From an uncultured Gammaproteobacteria bacterium (GTDB lineage: Bacteria > Patescibacteriota > Microgenomatia > Levybacterales > GWA1-39-11): DNA of 64,000 bases. Location: contig CAYVFE010000001.1 in NCBI GenBank assembly GCA_964450885.1, positions 310,572 through 374,571 of the forward strand. Reading direction: 5' to 3'. Shown here piece by piece: positions 27,062 to 37,254 of this stretch. The notes under the pieces are model-generated. The model was not told the origin of the DNA and searched no databases. It was given only the letters and a program-made list of their open reading frames with translations. The position numbers and the translations under genes are program-made. Positions within the stretch are counted from its first letter, which is position 1; every line of letters starts with the position of its first letter.

Positions 27062-28065
27062 TGTCTAGACAGTTAAATAAATTCCATTTAAGCGCTTGCG
27101 GTGGTACCTTTGATCTATTCCATAAAGGGCACAAAGATTTTTTGAATCAGATTTTCGGATCTTCAGAACAGGTCATAATAGGTCTTACCAGTGACAAATT
27201 CATTACATCAAAAAAAGTATTTGAGGACTTTGGAACTAGAAAAAAAGCCCTGCAAGAATTTCTGTACGAGAATAATTACAAAGGGACGATAGTTCCGATT
27301 GATGATGTATATGGTCCTACAATACAAAAGAAATATGATCTTGATGCAATATTTGTAACGGCCGACTCGTTGGGTGGTGCGTACAGTATCAATGAGAAAA
27401 GAGAAGACTTGGGATTCAAAAAGCTTGAGATCGTAGACGTTGCTCTTTTGAAATCTGAAGATGGAAAAAGTATTTCTTCAAATAGAATAAAAAATGGAGA
27501 AATAGATAGGGATGGAAAGTTATATATTGGTGATGATCTTATAAGATGTGATTATCTGCTTCCGAAAGATCTAAGAAAAAAATTATCAGAGCCATTTGGA
27601 GAATTGATTTCTGATCTTGATGAATATTTGAAAAAGGAAGAGCTAATAAATAGATTCATAGTGACGATCGGAGATGTCACAACGCAAAAATTTGTTAAGA
27701 ATAAAATTACTCCCAAGCTTTCTATAGTAGATTTGTTGGTAAATAGGATAAAGAAATTTGAGAAAATCAACGATTTAGGTTTGTCTTCTAAAAAAATTAT
27801 TAAAGTAGATAACCCCGCAGGACAAATAACTGCAAAACTGACACGAGAGATAAAAAAGTTTTTTGATAAATATAATGAGTCTTTGGTGATACAAATCAAT
27901 GGAGAAGACGACCTGGCAGTTATTCCAGCTGTACTGGCTGCCCCCCTCAAATGTGAAATTTATTATGGCCAACCTGGTGAGGGAGTGGTGAAGATCGTCG
28001 TAACAGAGAAAATCAAGGAAGATATAAAAGACCTCATTTCAAAATTTACCCGAAAAGTTATATAA
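27061..28065 (+). CDS. Bifunctional archaeal-type phosphopantetheine adenylyltransferase / DUF359 (GTP-dependent dephospho-CoA kinase-like) fusion
   Basis: N-terminal motif 'ACGGTFDLFHKGHKDFL'. C-terminal half carries 'IVTIGDVTTQKF'. GTG start overlaps the greA stop. Confidence 0.55.
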   Translation: MSRQLNKFHLSACGGTFDLFHKGHKDFLNQIFGSSEQVIIGLTSDKFITSKKVFEDFGTRKKALQEFLYENNYKGTIVPIDDVYGPTIQKKYDLDAIFVTADSLGGAYSINEKREDLGFKKLEIVDVALLKSEDGKSISSNRIKNGEIDRDGKLYIGDDLIRCDYLLPKDLRKKLSEPFGELISDLDEYLKKEELINRFIVTIGDVTTQKFVKNKITPKLSIVDLLVNRIKKFEKINDLGLSSKKIIKVDNPAGQITAKLTREIKKFFDKYNESLVIQINGEDDLAVIPAVLAAPLKCEIYYGQPGEGVVKIVVTEKIKEDIKDLISKFTRKVI

Positions 28066-28073
28066 TTGAGTTC

Positions 28074-29594
28074 ATGTTCTGGGCAGACGAGATCGCACAA
28101 AAAATAAAAAAAAGAAATCTTCCTCTCGAGTGGGTCGATGATATGAAAACTCCTTCGGGCCGTGTCCATGTAGGAGCACTTCGTGGTGTGGTAGTTCACG
28201 ATCTTATTTATAGGGCATTAAAAGATATTGGTGTAAATTCAAAATATACTTATGTCTTTGAAGATCACGATCCGATGGATGACATTCCTTCGTATCTAAA
28301 TAGACAAGAGTATGAAAAATATTTGGGAATGCCATTATTTAGTATTCCATCACCCGAGAAGGGATTTGATAATTTCGCGCAATACTATGCGCTAGAATTT
28401 CAGAACGCATTCAACCGTATAGGATCATCTCCAGAAATTTTGTGGACTTCACAGCTTTATAAGAGTGGAAAAATGAATGATGGAATAAAAAAGATTCTCG
28501 ACAATTCAGAGGAGGTCAGAAAGATTTATTCGCAGCTTTACGGAAAAGAAATTGCTTCCGATTGGTTTCCGTTTCAGGTCTATTGTGAAAACTGCGGAAA
28601 AGTATCGACTACTCGAGTCTATGAATGGGACGGTGAGATGGTTTACTATAGATGTCCTGTTGATGTAACAGACTGGACTAAAGGATGTGAACATGAAGGA
28701 AAGACAAGTCCATTTAGTAATGAAAACGAGATAAAAGGAAAAATGCCATGGAAGGTTGAATGGCCAGTAAAATGGATGGCAATAGGTGTAACTGTAGAAG
28801 GGGCTGGAAAAGACCATATGTCAGCTGGTGGGTCACATGATTTAGCGACCCAAGTATGTGAAAGAATCCTAAATTATCCTGTTCCATACCCTATTCCTTA
28901 CGAGTTTTTTCTGGTCGGAGGACGCAAGATGTCTTCATCTAAGGGTCGTGGATACTCAGCTACTGCTATGGTGGAAATATTACCTCCTGAGCTGTTGCGG
29001 TTTTTGATGGTAAAAACCCGGTTAAATCTTGCTATAAATTTTGATCCTGAGGAAAGTGAAACGATACCAAAGCTCTTTGATGAATATCAGGAGTACGCGC
29101 AGCATTATTTTTCTGACACAAAGGACGATTATGCTCGTGTATTCGAACTGTCACAAGTAGGAGGGGTAAAAAAACCTACTGATCTTAGATTCGCAAGGAT
29201 CGCGCAAATGATACAGATGCCAAATACCGAGTCAGAAATCGAGAAGGAAAATGCTCAGGAGTGGGCAGAGTATGCTCGTATTTGGATCGAAAGATTCGCT
29301 CAGGAAAAAGATAAATTTTTAGTTCAAAAAGATATTCCTGATATCTCAGATTTGAATACTGAGCAAAAGAAATATCTCCAAGAGCTCTCAGTAAAGCTCG
29401 AAAATAATTTAGATACAGAAAGAATTCAGGAAATTGTCTATGGTACTTCTAAAGAAATGGGGCTTTCTTCAAAAGATGCCTTCAAAGCGATTTATACTTC
29501 GCTTCTTGGAAAAGATCATGGTCCGAAAGCCTCAGAGCTAATTGCATCGCTGGATATAGAATTTGTCAAAAAAAGATTCAAAGACGCTTCATGA
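28074..29594 (+). CDS. lysS: Lysyl-tRNA synthetase, class I (archaeal type)
   Basis: Class I signatures 'PSGRVHVGALRG' (HIGH-like) and 'KMSSSKG' (KMSKS). Confidence 0.8.
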   Translation: MFWADEIAQKIKKRNLPLEWVDDMKTPSGRVHVGALRGVVVHDLIYRALKDIGVNSKYTYVFEDHDPMDDIPSYLNRQEYEKYLGMPLFSIPSPEKGFDNFAQYYALEFQNAFNRIGSSPEILWTSQLYKSGKMNDGIKKILDNSEEVRKIYSQLYGKEIASDWFPFQVYCENCGKVSTTRVYEWDGEMVYYRCPVDVTDWTKGCEHEGKTSPFSNENEIKGKMPWKVEWPVKWMAIGVTVEGAGKDHMSAGGSHDLATQVCERILNYPVPYPIPYEFFLVGGRKMSSSKGRGYSATAMVEILPPELLRFLMVKTRLNLAINFDPEESETIPKLFDEYQEYAQHYFSDTKDDYARVFELSQVGGVKKPTDLRFARIAQMIQMPNTESEIEKENAQEWAEYARIWIERFAQEKDKFLVQKDIPDISDLNTEQKKYLQELSVKLENNLDTERIQEIVYGTSKEMGLSSKDAFKAIYTSLLGKDHGPKASELIASLDIEFVKKRFKDAS

Positions 29595-30139
29595 AAAAAA
29601 TCTACTTTGCGACAGGGAATAAAGGAAAAGCACTCGAGGCGGAAAAAATCCTAGGTATAGATGTAGAAATTTCCAGAATGGATTTAGAAGAAATCCAGAG
29701 TAATAATCAAAAAGCCATAGTAAGACACAAATTACAGCAGGCATATGGCAAGTTAAAAAAGCCTGTAATTGTAGATGATGTATCGCTCGAGATGGATGTT
29801 TGGGACAAGTTTCCAGGACCTTTTGTAAAGTATTTGCATGGGAAAGATACCGAGAGGTTTCTTTATATGATGCGAAATGAGAAAAATAGAAGCGGGACAC
29901 TTATTTGTATTGTTGGGTACCATGATGGCAAAAAAATGCATGCGTTCACGGGTAAATTGCGCATAAGAATTGCCAAAAAAAACCTTGGAGAAAATGGATG
30001 GGGATTGGACCCTATACTTATTCATGACGAAAAAAATCTTACGTTCGCACAAATGACAGATAGTGAAAAAAATGTCGATTCTCATAGAGGAAAGGCTTTC
30101 ATGATGCTAAAAAAGTATTTGGATAGTAAAAAGAAATAA
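29591..30139 (+). CDS. Non-canonical purine NTP pyrophosphatase (Ham1/RdgB family)
   Basis: Motifs 'KIYFATGNKGKALEAEKIL' and 'DDVSLEMD'. Confidence 0.75.
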   Translation: MKKIYFATGNKGKALEAEKILGIDVEISRMDLEEIQSNNQKAIVRHKLQQAYGKLKKPVIVDDVSLEMDVWDKFPGPFVKYLHGKDTERFLYMMRNEKNRSGTLICIVGYHDGKKMHAFTGKLRIRIAKKNLGENGWGLDPILIHDEKNLTFAQMTDSEKNVDSHRGKAFMMLKKYLDSKKK

Positions 30140-30159
30140 AACGATATATAATTTGCCTT

Positions 30160-31395
30160 ATGCTAGACATAAATTACATCCGCGAGAACATAGACAAAAT
30201 AAAAGAAAAATCCAAAGCAAAGAACGTGGATATTGATATAGATAGGATTATGGCTCTCGACGCCAGTTATAGAGAAAAACTTCAAGAAGTACAGCTTTTG
30301 CGTGAAGAAAGAAACCAGGTCGCAAAAAATAGAGATATAGAACGTGGCAAAGAGATAAAAGTAAAACTTTCTAGTGTAGAAGATGAATTTACATCAATCG
30401 AAAATGAATTAAACACTCTTCTTCTTCAAATACCTAACCCTTCAAAAGACGATGTGAAGGTCGGTAAAAATGATAGTGAAAATGATGTAATAAAAACTGT
30501 AGGGGAGCCTATTAAATTTGACTTCAAACCAAAAGATCATCTGGAATTAGGAGAAAGCTTGGATATTATCGATATGGAGCGTGCAGTAAAAGTTAGCGGT
30601 GCTAGATTTTACTATCTTAAGAACGAAGGAGCGTTGCTTGAGATTGCGCTTTTGCGTTTCGCATTAGATAAGCTTATGGAGAAAGGTTTTAAATTCATAA
30701 TTCCTCCGACGATAGTTAATCGCGACACGATGCAAAAACTGGGATATATGGAAAATGGTGGGGAAGATGATATGTTTTCGCTTGAGAATGGTGAGAAGTT
30801 TTTAGTCGGTACCGCAGAGCAAAGTGTAGTGCCTATGCATAGAGATGAAATCCTAAATTCCAAAGATTTGCCTTTAAGGTATGTTGCATATTCCTCGTCG
30901 TTCAGACGTGAAGCTGGAAGTTATGGTAAAGATACTCGGGGAATAATAAGGGTTCACGAGTTTCATAAGATAGAAATGGTGAGCTTTGTTATGGATGGTA
31001 AGGATGACGAGGAGCATGAATTCTTACTTTCTATAGAAGAAGAATTATTTCAAGATCTAAAAATCCCTTATCAGGTAGTAAAGATGTGTACAGGAGATTT
31101 AGGATTTCCTGCGGCTCGAAAATATGATATTGAGGCGTGGATTCCTAGCCAGGAAAAATACCGTGAAGTAACATCTGCTTCAACGACAACAGACTTTCAG
31201 GCCCGCAGGTTAAATATAAAGTATCAAGACGGTGGGGTGAAAAAATACGTCAATATTTTAAATGGTACGGCCTTTGCTATTTCTCGGACACCAGTTGCGA
31301 TTCTGGAAAACTACCAGCAGGAAGATGGGAGTGTAGTTGTTCCTGAGGTATTAAGAAAGTATATGGGTGTTGAAACGATATCTCCGAAAGGATAA
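30160..31395 (+). CDS. serS: Seryl-tRNA synthetase
   Basis: N-terminus 'MLDINYIRENIDKIKE'. Class II motifs 'FRREAGSYGKDTRGIIRVHEFHK' and 'GTAFAISRT'. Confidence 0.9.
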   Translation: MLDINYIRENIDKIKEKSKAKNVDIDIDRIMALDASYREKLQEVQLLREERNQVAKNRDIERGKEIKVKLSSVEDEFTSIENELNTLLLQIPNPSKDDVKVGKNDSENDVIKTVGEPIKFDFKPKDHLELGESLDIIDMERAVKVSGARFYYLKNEGALLEIALLRFALDKLMEKGFKFIIPPTIVNRDTMQKLGYMENGGEDDMFSLENGEKFLVGTAEQSVVPMHRDEILNSKDLPLRYVAYSSSFRREAGSYGKDTRGIIRVHEFHKIEMVSFVMDGKDDEEHEFLLSIEEELFQDLKIPYQVVKMCTGDLGFPAARKYDIEAWIPSQEKYREVTSASTTTDFQARRLNIKYQDGGVKKYVNILNGTAFAISRTPVAILENYQQEDGSVVVPEVLRKYMGVETISPKG

Positions 31396-31467
31396 TTACT
31401 TTGGCACTTTGGCTCATGCTGTGATAAAATATATTTCCCTTCAAAGTAAAGAACAAAAAAATAACTT

Positions 31468-34209
31468 ATGCTAAATTTTATCTCAAAGCTTCTCGATTCA
31501 AATGAGAAAGAAGTAAAAAAAATAAGACCGATTGTAGAGCAAATCAATGCCCTCGAGAAAAAGGTAGAAAAACTAAAAGACGAAGACTTTCCTAAAGAAA
31601 CAGAAAAACTAAAGAAACGACATGCACAAGGAGAACCGCTTGTCATGCTTCTTCCGGAAGCATTTGCTTTGGTGCGGGAAGCAGCAAAACGCACAATCGG
31701 CCAGCGTCATTATGAAGTTCAATTAATATCCGCCATAGTTCTTGCGAGTGGAAAAATTTCTGAGCAAAAAACAGGAGAGGGAAAAACTTTGTCAGCTGTG
31801 CCAGCACTATATCTTCATGCGCTGACTGGGGAGTCTGTGCATCTGGTTACCGTAAATGATTACCTGGCGCGTCGTGATGCTGGATGGATGGGCAGCGTAT
31901 TTGCTTTTCTGGGAATGCGTGTTAGTTCGATCATCAATCAAAAGTCTTTTATTTATGACCCTTCTTATCATGATAGCGAAGCAAAGGACTATAGACTTTT
32001 TAATCTAAAAGAGGTAACACGCAAAGAAGCATATGAAGCCGATATTATCTATGGAATCAATTCGGAATTCGGGTTCGATTATTTGCGTGACAATATGGCT
32101 TTTTCTAAAGAAGAACAGGTACAACGAGGGCATTACTACGCCGTAATCGATGAGGTAGACTCTGTACTTATAGACGAAGCCAGAACACCACACATTATTT
32201 CGATGCCAGATGCTACGCCATCGTCAAAATACTACGAATATGCAAAAGTTGTCGATAGACTATCTCCAATAGACTATAAAATAGATGAAAAAAGACGCAC
32301 CGCGCATCTAACTGACCATGGAATAGGAAAAATAGAAACGATGTTCGGGATGAAAGACATTTATGAAAAGGATTTTGAGACGGTTTATCACATAGAAGCA
32401 GCACTAAAAGCTAGAACACTTTTCCATAAAAATAAGGACTATATAGTGCGTGAGGGACAGGTAACATTGATCGATGAATTCACTGGTAGATTACTTGAAG
32501 GAAGAAGGCTTTCTGAAGGATTGCATCAGGCTTTGGAGGCAAAAGAAGGAGTTACTGTTCAACGTGAGTCAAAAACTCTTGCGACAATTTCTCTTCAGAA
32601 CTATTTCCGAAAATATGAACTATTATCAGGTATGACAGGAACAGCAATAACAGAATCTGAGGAGTTCCATAGAATCTATAAGCTTGATGTTGTTGCTATT
32701 CCGCCAAACCGTGAAGTTGTAAGAAAAGATGATGCGGATAGGATTTTTAAGACTCGCCGTGCAAAAATATTTGCTGCAGTTCAGGAAATAGAAAAAGCTT
32801 ATAAAAAAGGGCAGCCAGTTCTCGTCGGGACGGCGTCTATCGAACAGAATGAAATAATTTCTGAATACTTGAAGAGGAAAAATATTCACCACGAGGTACT
32901 TAATGCTAAAAACCATTTGCGTGAGGCTTTAATTATAAAAGATGCCGGTAAAAAAGGTGCAGTTACTGTTGCAACAAATGTAGCAGGTCGAGGAGTAGAC
33001 ATAATACTTGGCGGAGAAAAGCCTTCCGAATTTAGTACAGAGTATCAAGGAAAGTCAGGCAAAAGTAAATTTGAGAAGGAAGTATCGGAGTGGCAAAAAG
33101 AGCACGATGAGGTCAAAAAATTAGGCGGACTTTATGTGATTGGTACAGAAAAGCATGAATCCCGTCGTATCGACAATCAGCTGAGAGGTAGATCTGGTCG
33201 TCAGGGAGATCCCGGGAAATCGGTATTCATAATTTCACTCGAGGATGATCTCATGAGAATTTTTGGTGGGGAGCAGATAGCAAATCTTATGACAAGGTTT
33301 AATTTTCCAGAGGATCAGCCGCTAGAGAATCCGATAGTCACCCGTGTTATAACTCAGGCTCAGGTAAAAGTGGAAGGATTTAATTTCGAAAGCAGAAAGC
33401 ACACAGTAGAATACGATGACGTTTTGAATAAACAAAGGGAAATCATATATGGAGAAAGACAAGAGATTATCGAAGACGATTTTGAATATCAGCAGTTTAT
33501 AAAGGAAAAGATAAAAACGAATATTGATGCAATAGTAGCGTTAAATCTTAATTTTAATGAAATAGAGGATCCGTATAAAAAAACTATTCAAGAATTTACG
33601 TCGATTATTCCTTTTGACGATAAATCTCAGAATCAGTTGATAAAACAAATCCAACAAAGAGAGGGCGAAGGTCAGGTAAGCGAATTTCTAAATGATATCG
33701 CCGATAAATTATTCGAGAAAAAGATCAAGGATTATGGAGAGGAAGCGATAAAAAAAGTTACTCGATTGCTCTCGCTTCAAGTAATAAATAATATGTGGAT
33801 GGATCACTTGACTGCAATGGAAGACGTAAGAACCGGTATAAATCTACGTGGATATGCGCAGCGTGACCCATTAGTTGAGTACAAGAATGAGGCATTCGGA
33901 CAATTCGAAAGACTCGTAAAGTCCATAGATGATGGAATAGTAAATAGGTTCTTTAAAGTAAATATAGTCTCCGAGTCTCATGTCCATAATCATGCAGATC
34001 ACAAGCATGAGCATACGAATCAGCCTGCTTCCGAAATCGGAACTAGTGCAAAAGCAAAAGAAGTTCGTGAAGAAAAAAAAGTAGACAGCAAGAGCGTAGA
34101 GACAGAAGATGCCTCAGTAAATACAATAAAAAAATTAGGACGTAATGATCCGTGTCCATGTGGGAGTGGTAAGAAGTGGAAAAAATGCCATTATCCTAAC
34201 CTTCCTTAA
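31468..34209 (+). CDS. secA: Preprotein translocase ATPase SecA
   Basis: Motifs 'GEGKTL' and 'DEVDSVLIDEARTP'. C-terminal zinc motif 'CPCGSGKKWKKCH'. Confidence 0.9.
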   Translation: MLNFISKLLDSNEKEVKKIRPIVEQINALEKKVEKLKDEDFPKETEKLKKRHAQGEPLVMLLPEAFALVREAAKRTIGQRHYEVQLISAIVLASGKISEQKTGEGKTLSAVPALYLHALTGESVHLVTVNDYLARRDAGWMGSVFAFLGMRVSSIINQKSFIYDPSYHDSEAKDYRLFNLKEVTRKEAYEADIIYGINSEFGFDYLRDNMAFSKEEQVQRGHYYAVIDEVDSVLIDEARTPHIISMPDATPSSKYYEYAKVVDRLSPIDYKIDEKRRTAHLTDHGIGKIETMFGMKDIYEKDFETVYHIEAALKARTLFHKNKDYIVREGQVTLIDEFTGRLLEGRRLSEGLHQALEAKEGVTVQRESKTLATISLQNYFRKYELLSGMTGTAITESEEFHRIYKLDVVAIPPNREVVRKDDADRIFKTRRAKIFAAVQEIEKAYKKGQPVLVGTASIEQNEIISEYLKRKNIHHEVLNAKNHLREALIIKDAGKKGAVTVATNVAGRGVDIILGGEKPSEFSTEYQGKSGKSKFEKEVSEWQKEHDEVKKLGGLYVIGTEKHESRRIDNQLRGRSGRQGDPGKSVFIISLEDDLMRIFGGEQIANLMTRFNFPEDQPLENPIVTRVITQAQVKVEGFNFESRKHTVEYDDVLNKQREIIYGERQEIIEDDFEYQQFIKEKIKTNIDAIVALNLNFNEIEDPYKKTIQEFTSIIPFDDKSQNQLIKQIQQREGEGQVSEFLNDIADKLFEKKIKDYGEEAIKKVTRLLSLQVINNMWMDHLTAMEDVRTGINLRGYAQRDPLVEYKNEAFGQFERLVKSIDDGIVNRFFKVNIVSESHVHNHADHKHEHTNQPASEIGTSAKAKEVREEKKVDSKSVETEDASVNTIKKLGRNDPCPCGSGKKWKKCHYPNLP

Positions 34210-34210
34210 A

Positions 34211-35281
34211 TTATTTTTCTCCAAGAGTGCGTTTTAAAATAGGAATTCGCATCATGATAAGTGATGCTATATAAGAAAGTATAAAAATTACCGAAAGTTT
34301 TGTCAGTAGATAAAGCCATGCCGGCGTTATTGCTATAAATAGCTGTAGCTTTGAATCCAGTATGTCTAGAAGAAACATATGAAGGACATAGATCCCCAAA
34401 GAGACCCTGGCTATTGAGTATATTATCGGTTGGATTTTATTACCTATTATTTTCTTAAAATCTGTATTCATCAAAAGTGAGAATATGCTTATGGACAATA
34501 CTACGACATTTATACTAAGAAAGGAGTCCGTATAAAAAGCAAGACAGCCATTTGCTCCCAACAAATTATTCCCACTAAATGACAGCAGATAATAAAAATA
34601 TGCTCCGATGACGGTCATAGCAAAAGAAGCAAAAAAAGCAATAGTTGCAATACCCCTTTTTATTTTTTTGGAATTTCCCATCGCATATCCTGCAACAAAA
34701 AGACCCGTAAAAGGGATCCAGTATGTTAAGGAATTTGCCGGAGTACAAAGCGAGAAATAGTATTGAATGAAATAAAATATTGATCCTCCGATCAAAAGTA
34801 GGACTGTCAAAGTTTTATTCGACCATCTAGGTTGATCCAAGAGATATTTTTTTATAAAAGGTGACATGAGGTATAGTCCGATCAGAATTATAAAAAAATA
34901 AAGGTAGAATACATTTACGGTTAAAAGTCTATAGAAGATACTTATGTTTAGGTACTCAAAAGTGGGATTCCCGAAATTCCAGACTGTGTATAATAAAAAC
35001 CAGAACAACAGTGGAATGACGAGGCGGTTAAAAGTGCGAATCAGCGTTTGGCTAAATGATTCTTTTTTTGACAGGATAAAATATCCGCTGACCATGATAA
35101 ATAGAGGGATAGATGCACGAGCAGCAGAATTTAGGATGATCGCAAACCACCATGAAATTCCTCCGAAATAATCAGGTCGCGCGTAGACTGCATTTGCTGT
35201 GTGAATGACAACAACACTTATAATCGCTATAACGCGTATGACGTCAGCTGATAAGTTATAGGATTTTTTATCCATGAACAC
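34211..35281 (-). CDS. Acyltransferase family 3 membrane protein
   Basis: About 10 transmembrane segments. N-terminus 'DVIRVIAIISVVVIHT' typical of Acyltransf_3. Confidence 0.55.
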   Translation of the reverse strand: MFMDKKSYNLSADVIRVIAIISVVVIHTANAVYARPDYFGGISWWFAIILNSAARASIPLFIMVSGYFILSKKESFSQTLIRTFNRLVIPLLFWFLLYTVWNFGNPTFEYLNISIFYRLLTVNVFYLYFFIILIGLYLMSPFIKKYLLDQPRWSNKTLTVLLLIGGSIFYFIQYYFSLCTPANSLTYWIPFTGLFVAGYAMGNSKKIKRGIATIAFFASFAMTVIGAYFYYLLSFSGNNLLGANGCLAFYTDSFLSINVVVLSISIFSLLMNTDFKKIIGNKIQPIIYSIARVSLGIYVLHMFLLDILDSKLQLFIAITPAWLYLLTKLSVIFILSYIASLIMMRIPILKRTLGEK

Positions 35282-35322
35282 TTCGGGTTTTGCACAAGCA
35301 AAACTTTGCTATTAGGGCTACC

Positions 35323-37254
35323 TCAGATCTGATATTTAGATAACTCATCAAGGAGCATATTTAGATTCATTTTCGCAACTCCTAATACTTTATCTGCTCC
35401 CCCATAATAAATATACAGGTCGTCTTTTATGACTACATTTCCACAAGGGAATACTACATTGTTCACGATCCCTTCCAGTTCATATTTTTCTTCTGGTTCA
35501 AAAACTGGATACGAGAGTCTCGATATAACTGTATCAGGGTTCTTAAGATCGAGTAGGCACGCGCCGACTTTATAGAATTTATCCTCAGTTATCCCGTGAT
35601 ATAAAAGTAGCCACCCCTTTTCTGTCTCAATGGGAGGCCCTGCTATACCGATTTTTATGTGATCCCAGTGGTCAACTCTTGAGTGCATGAGAATAGCACC
35701 ATTGAGAAATCGATTATTCTCAAATTTCAAATCGTCTACAAAATCTATCCATATGTCGTCCTTTATCCTGTGCAGGAAAACATACTTATCATTAATCTTT
35801 TTTGGGAAAATTGTTGCGTCTTTATCGTCGATGTTAGGCGGGGAAATAAGTATAGGTTTTTCCCAGTTCCAGCGCTTATTCAAAAAGTCGTCAGCGCTAA
35901 TAGACGAGAAGGCAACCCTCGGAGGATTTATTCCGCCGTCAAATGCTGTATAGCAGATGTAGAATCTGTCTTCGAGTCGTACTACACGAGGATCTTCACA
36001 TCCGTAATTTCCTTCCTTAAGCTTTGTCTCGAAAGGTTCTCTCGGAGTGTAAATAGGATATGGTAAACGTTCATCTATGTGGACTCCATCACTACTTACG
36101 GCATATCCTACACTGGACATCCCATCTTCTCCCATTGCTCTATAAAGAATATGCACTTTTTCATTTTCATATACGGCTGCAGGATTAAAGACTGCCATGG
36201 ATTCCCATTTTCTTTCAGCAATAGGCTCTAATATCGGATTTTCTTTGCATCTCGTAAATTTAATTCTAGGATTATTCGGAACATCTTTTTGTTTCCGTTT
36301 GAGCCCATGCATAAGATCTTCCATGGAGCACGTCGCAACACCTGTGCTAGTGTCTGCTGCTCCGTAATATACATAAAATTCGTCTCCAATAATTTGACTA
36401 CCGGTAGGAAAAACTACATTTGGAATATTTCCATATAGCTCGTATTCTTCTTCTGGCAAAAGCATGGCATTGCTGGTTCTTGCCTTGATATTGAGTGGGT
36501 TTTCTAAGTCGAGGAGTGCTGCTTCAACCGTAAATACTTTATCATTGCTATAATAATTGCGGATAAGCGAATATATAAACACCCAGCCATCGTCTGTTTT
36601 TGTCGGGACTGCTCCTGCCTCTACTTGGTCTCTCGAATGTCGAAGAAGCGGCAATGTATGCCGATCCAGGTCTTTATACCACTCATTCCATTGCTGATGG
36701 TCCCATAGGTCTTCAAGTTTCTCGAATGTCCTTATTGAGATCTTGGCTGGAGGCATATCGGTATTTGCGCTTAAAAATGCCGCATATTTACCTCCTGTTT
36801 TTTCAGGGAAAAGACCCATGGCCTTTGCATTAAATGGTGTAACGAGATGTTTTTCATCGATTGTCGTCAGATCTTTTGAAATAGCGACTGCAACTTTTAT
36901 GTTGTGTGCTCCAAATGGATAGCCGCCGATTGCTGTATAAAATATATAAAATTTTCCATCCATGTATGTGATGCGTGGATCTTCGCAGCCATATCTTTCC
37001 CAATCCTCCTCGGGTTTTATAAGTTGAAAATGATCAGTAAAATTTACACCGTCTGTGCTTTTTGCAATTCCTACAGTTGATAGTTGGATATTCGCATCCA
37101 TGTAAAACCCTTTAGGGGTCATTGCACGATATGCCATAAAATATGTATCATCTTTTTTGACTACTGATCCATTAAATGTACCGCCCTTCTCCCAATCATT
37201 GGTAATACTGGGCAGCAGGATGGGGTTTTGGGGGTGGCGTTTTAACTTAAGCAT
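35323..37254 (-). CDS. Tandem double GH130-like (DUF377 beta-propeller) glycosidase/phosphorylase
   Basis: Two repeats of 'NPIL(E)P...FN(G/P)(S/A)...YRAM' and 'GCEDPR'. Confidence 0.6.
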   Translation of the reverse strand: MLKLKRHPQNPILLPSITNDWEKGGTFNGSVVKKDDTYFMAYRAMTPKGFYMDANIQLSTVGIAKSTDGVNFTDHFQLIKPEEDWERYGCEDPRITYMDGKFYIFYTAIGGYPFGAHNIKVAVAISKDLTTIDEKHLVTPFNAKAMGLFPEKTGGKYAAFLSANTDMPPAKISIRTFEKLEDLWDHQQWNEWYKDLDRHTLPLLRHSRDQVEAGAVPTKTDDGWVFIYSLIRNYYSNDKVFTVEAALLDLENPLNIKARTSNAMLLPEEEYELYGNIPNVVFPTGSQIIGDEFYVYYGAADTSTGVATCSMEDLMHGLKRKQKDVPNNPRIKFTRCKENPILEPIAERKWESMAVFNPAAVYENEKVHILYRAMGEDGMSSVGYAVSSDGVHIDERLPYPIYTPREPFETKLKEGNYGCEDPRVVRLEDRFYICYTAFDGGINPPRVAFSSISADDFLNKRWNWEKPILISPPNIDDKDATIFPKKINDKYVFLHRIKDDIWIDFVDDLKFENNRFLNGAILMHSRVDHWDHIKIGIAGPPIETEKGWLLLYHGITEDKFYKVGACLLDLKNPDTVISRLSYPVFEPEEKYELEGIVNNVVFPCGNVVIKDDLYIYYGGADKVLGVAKMNLNMLLDELSKYQI

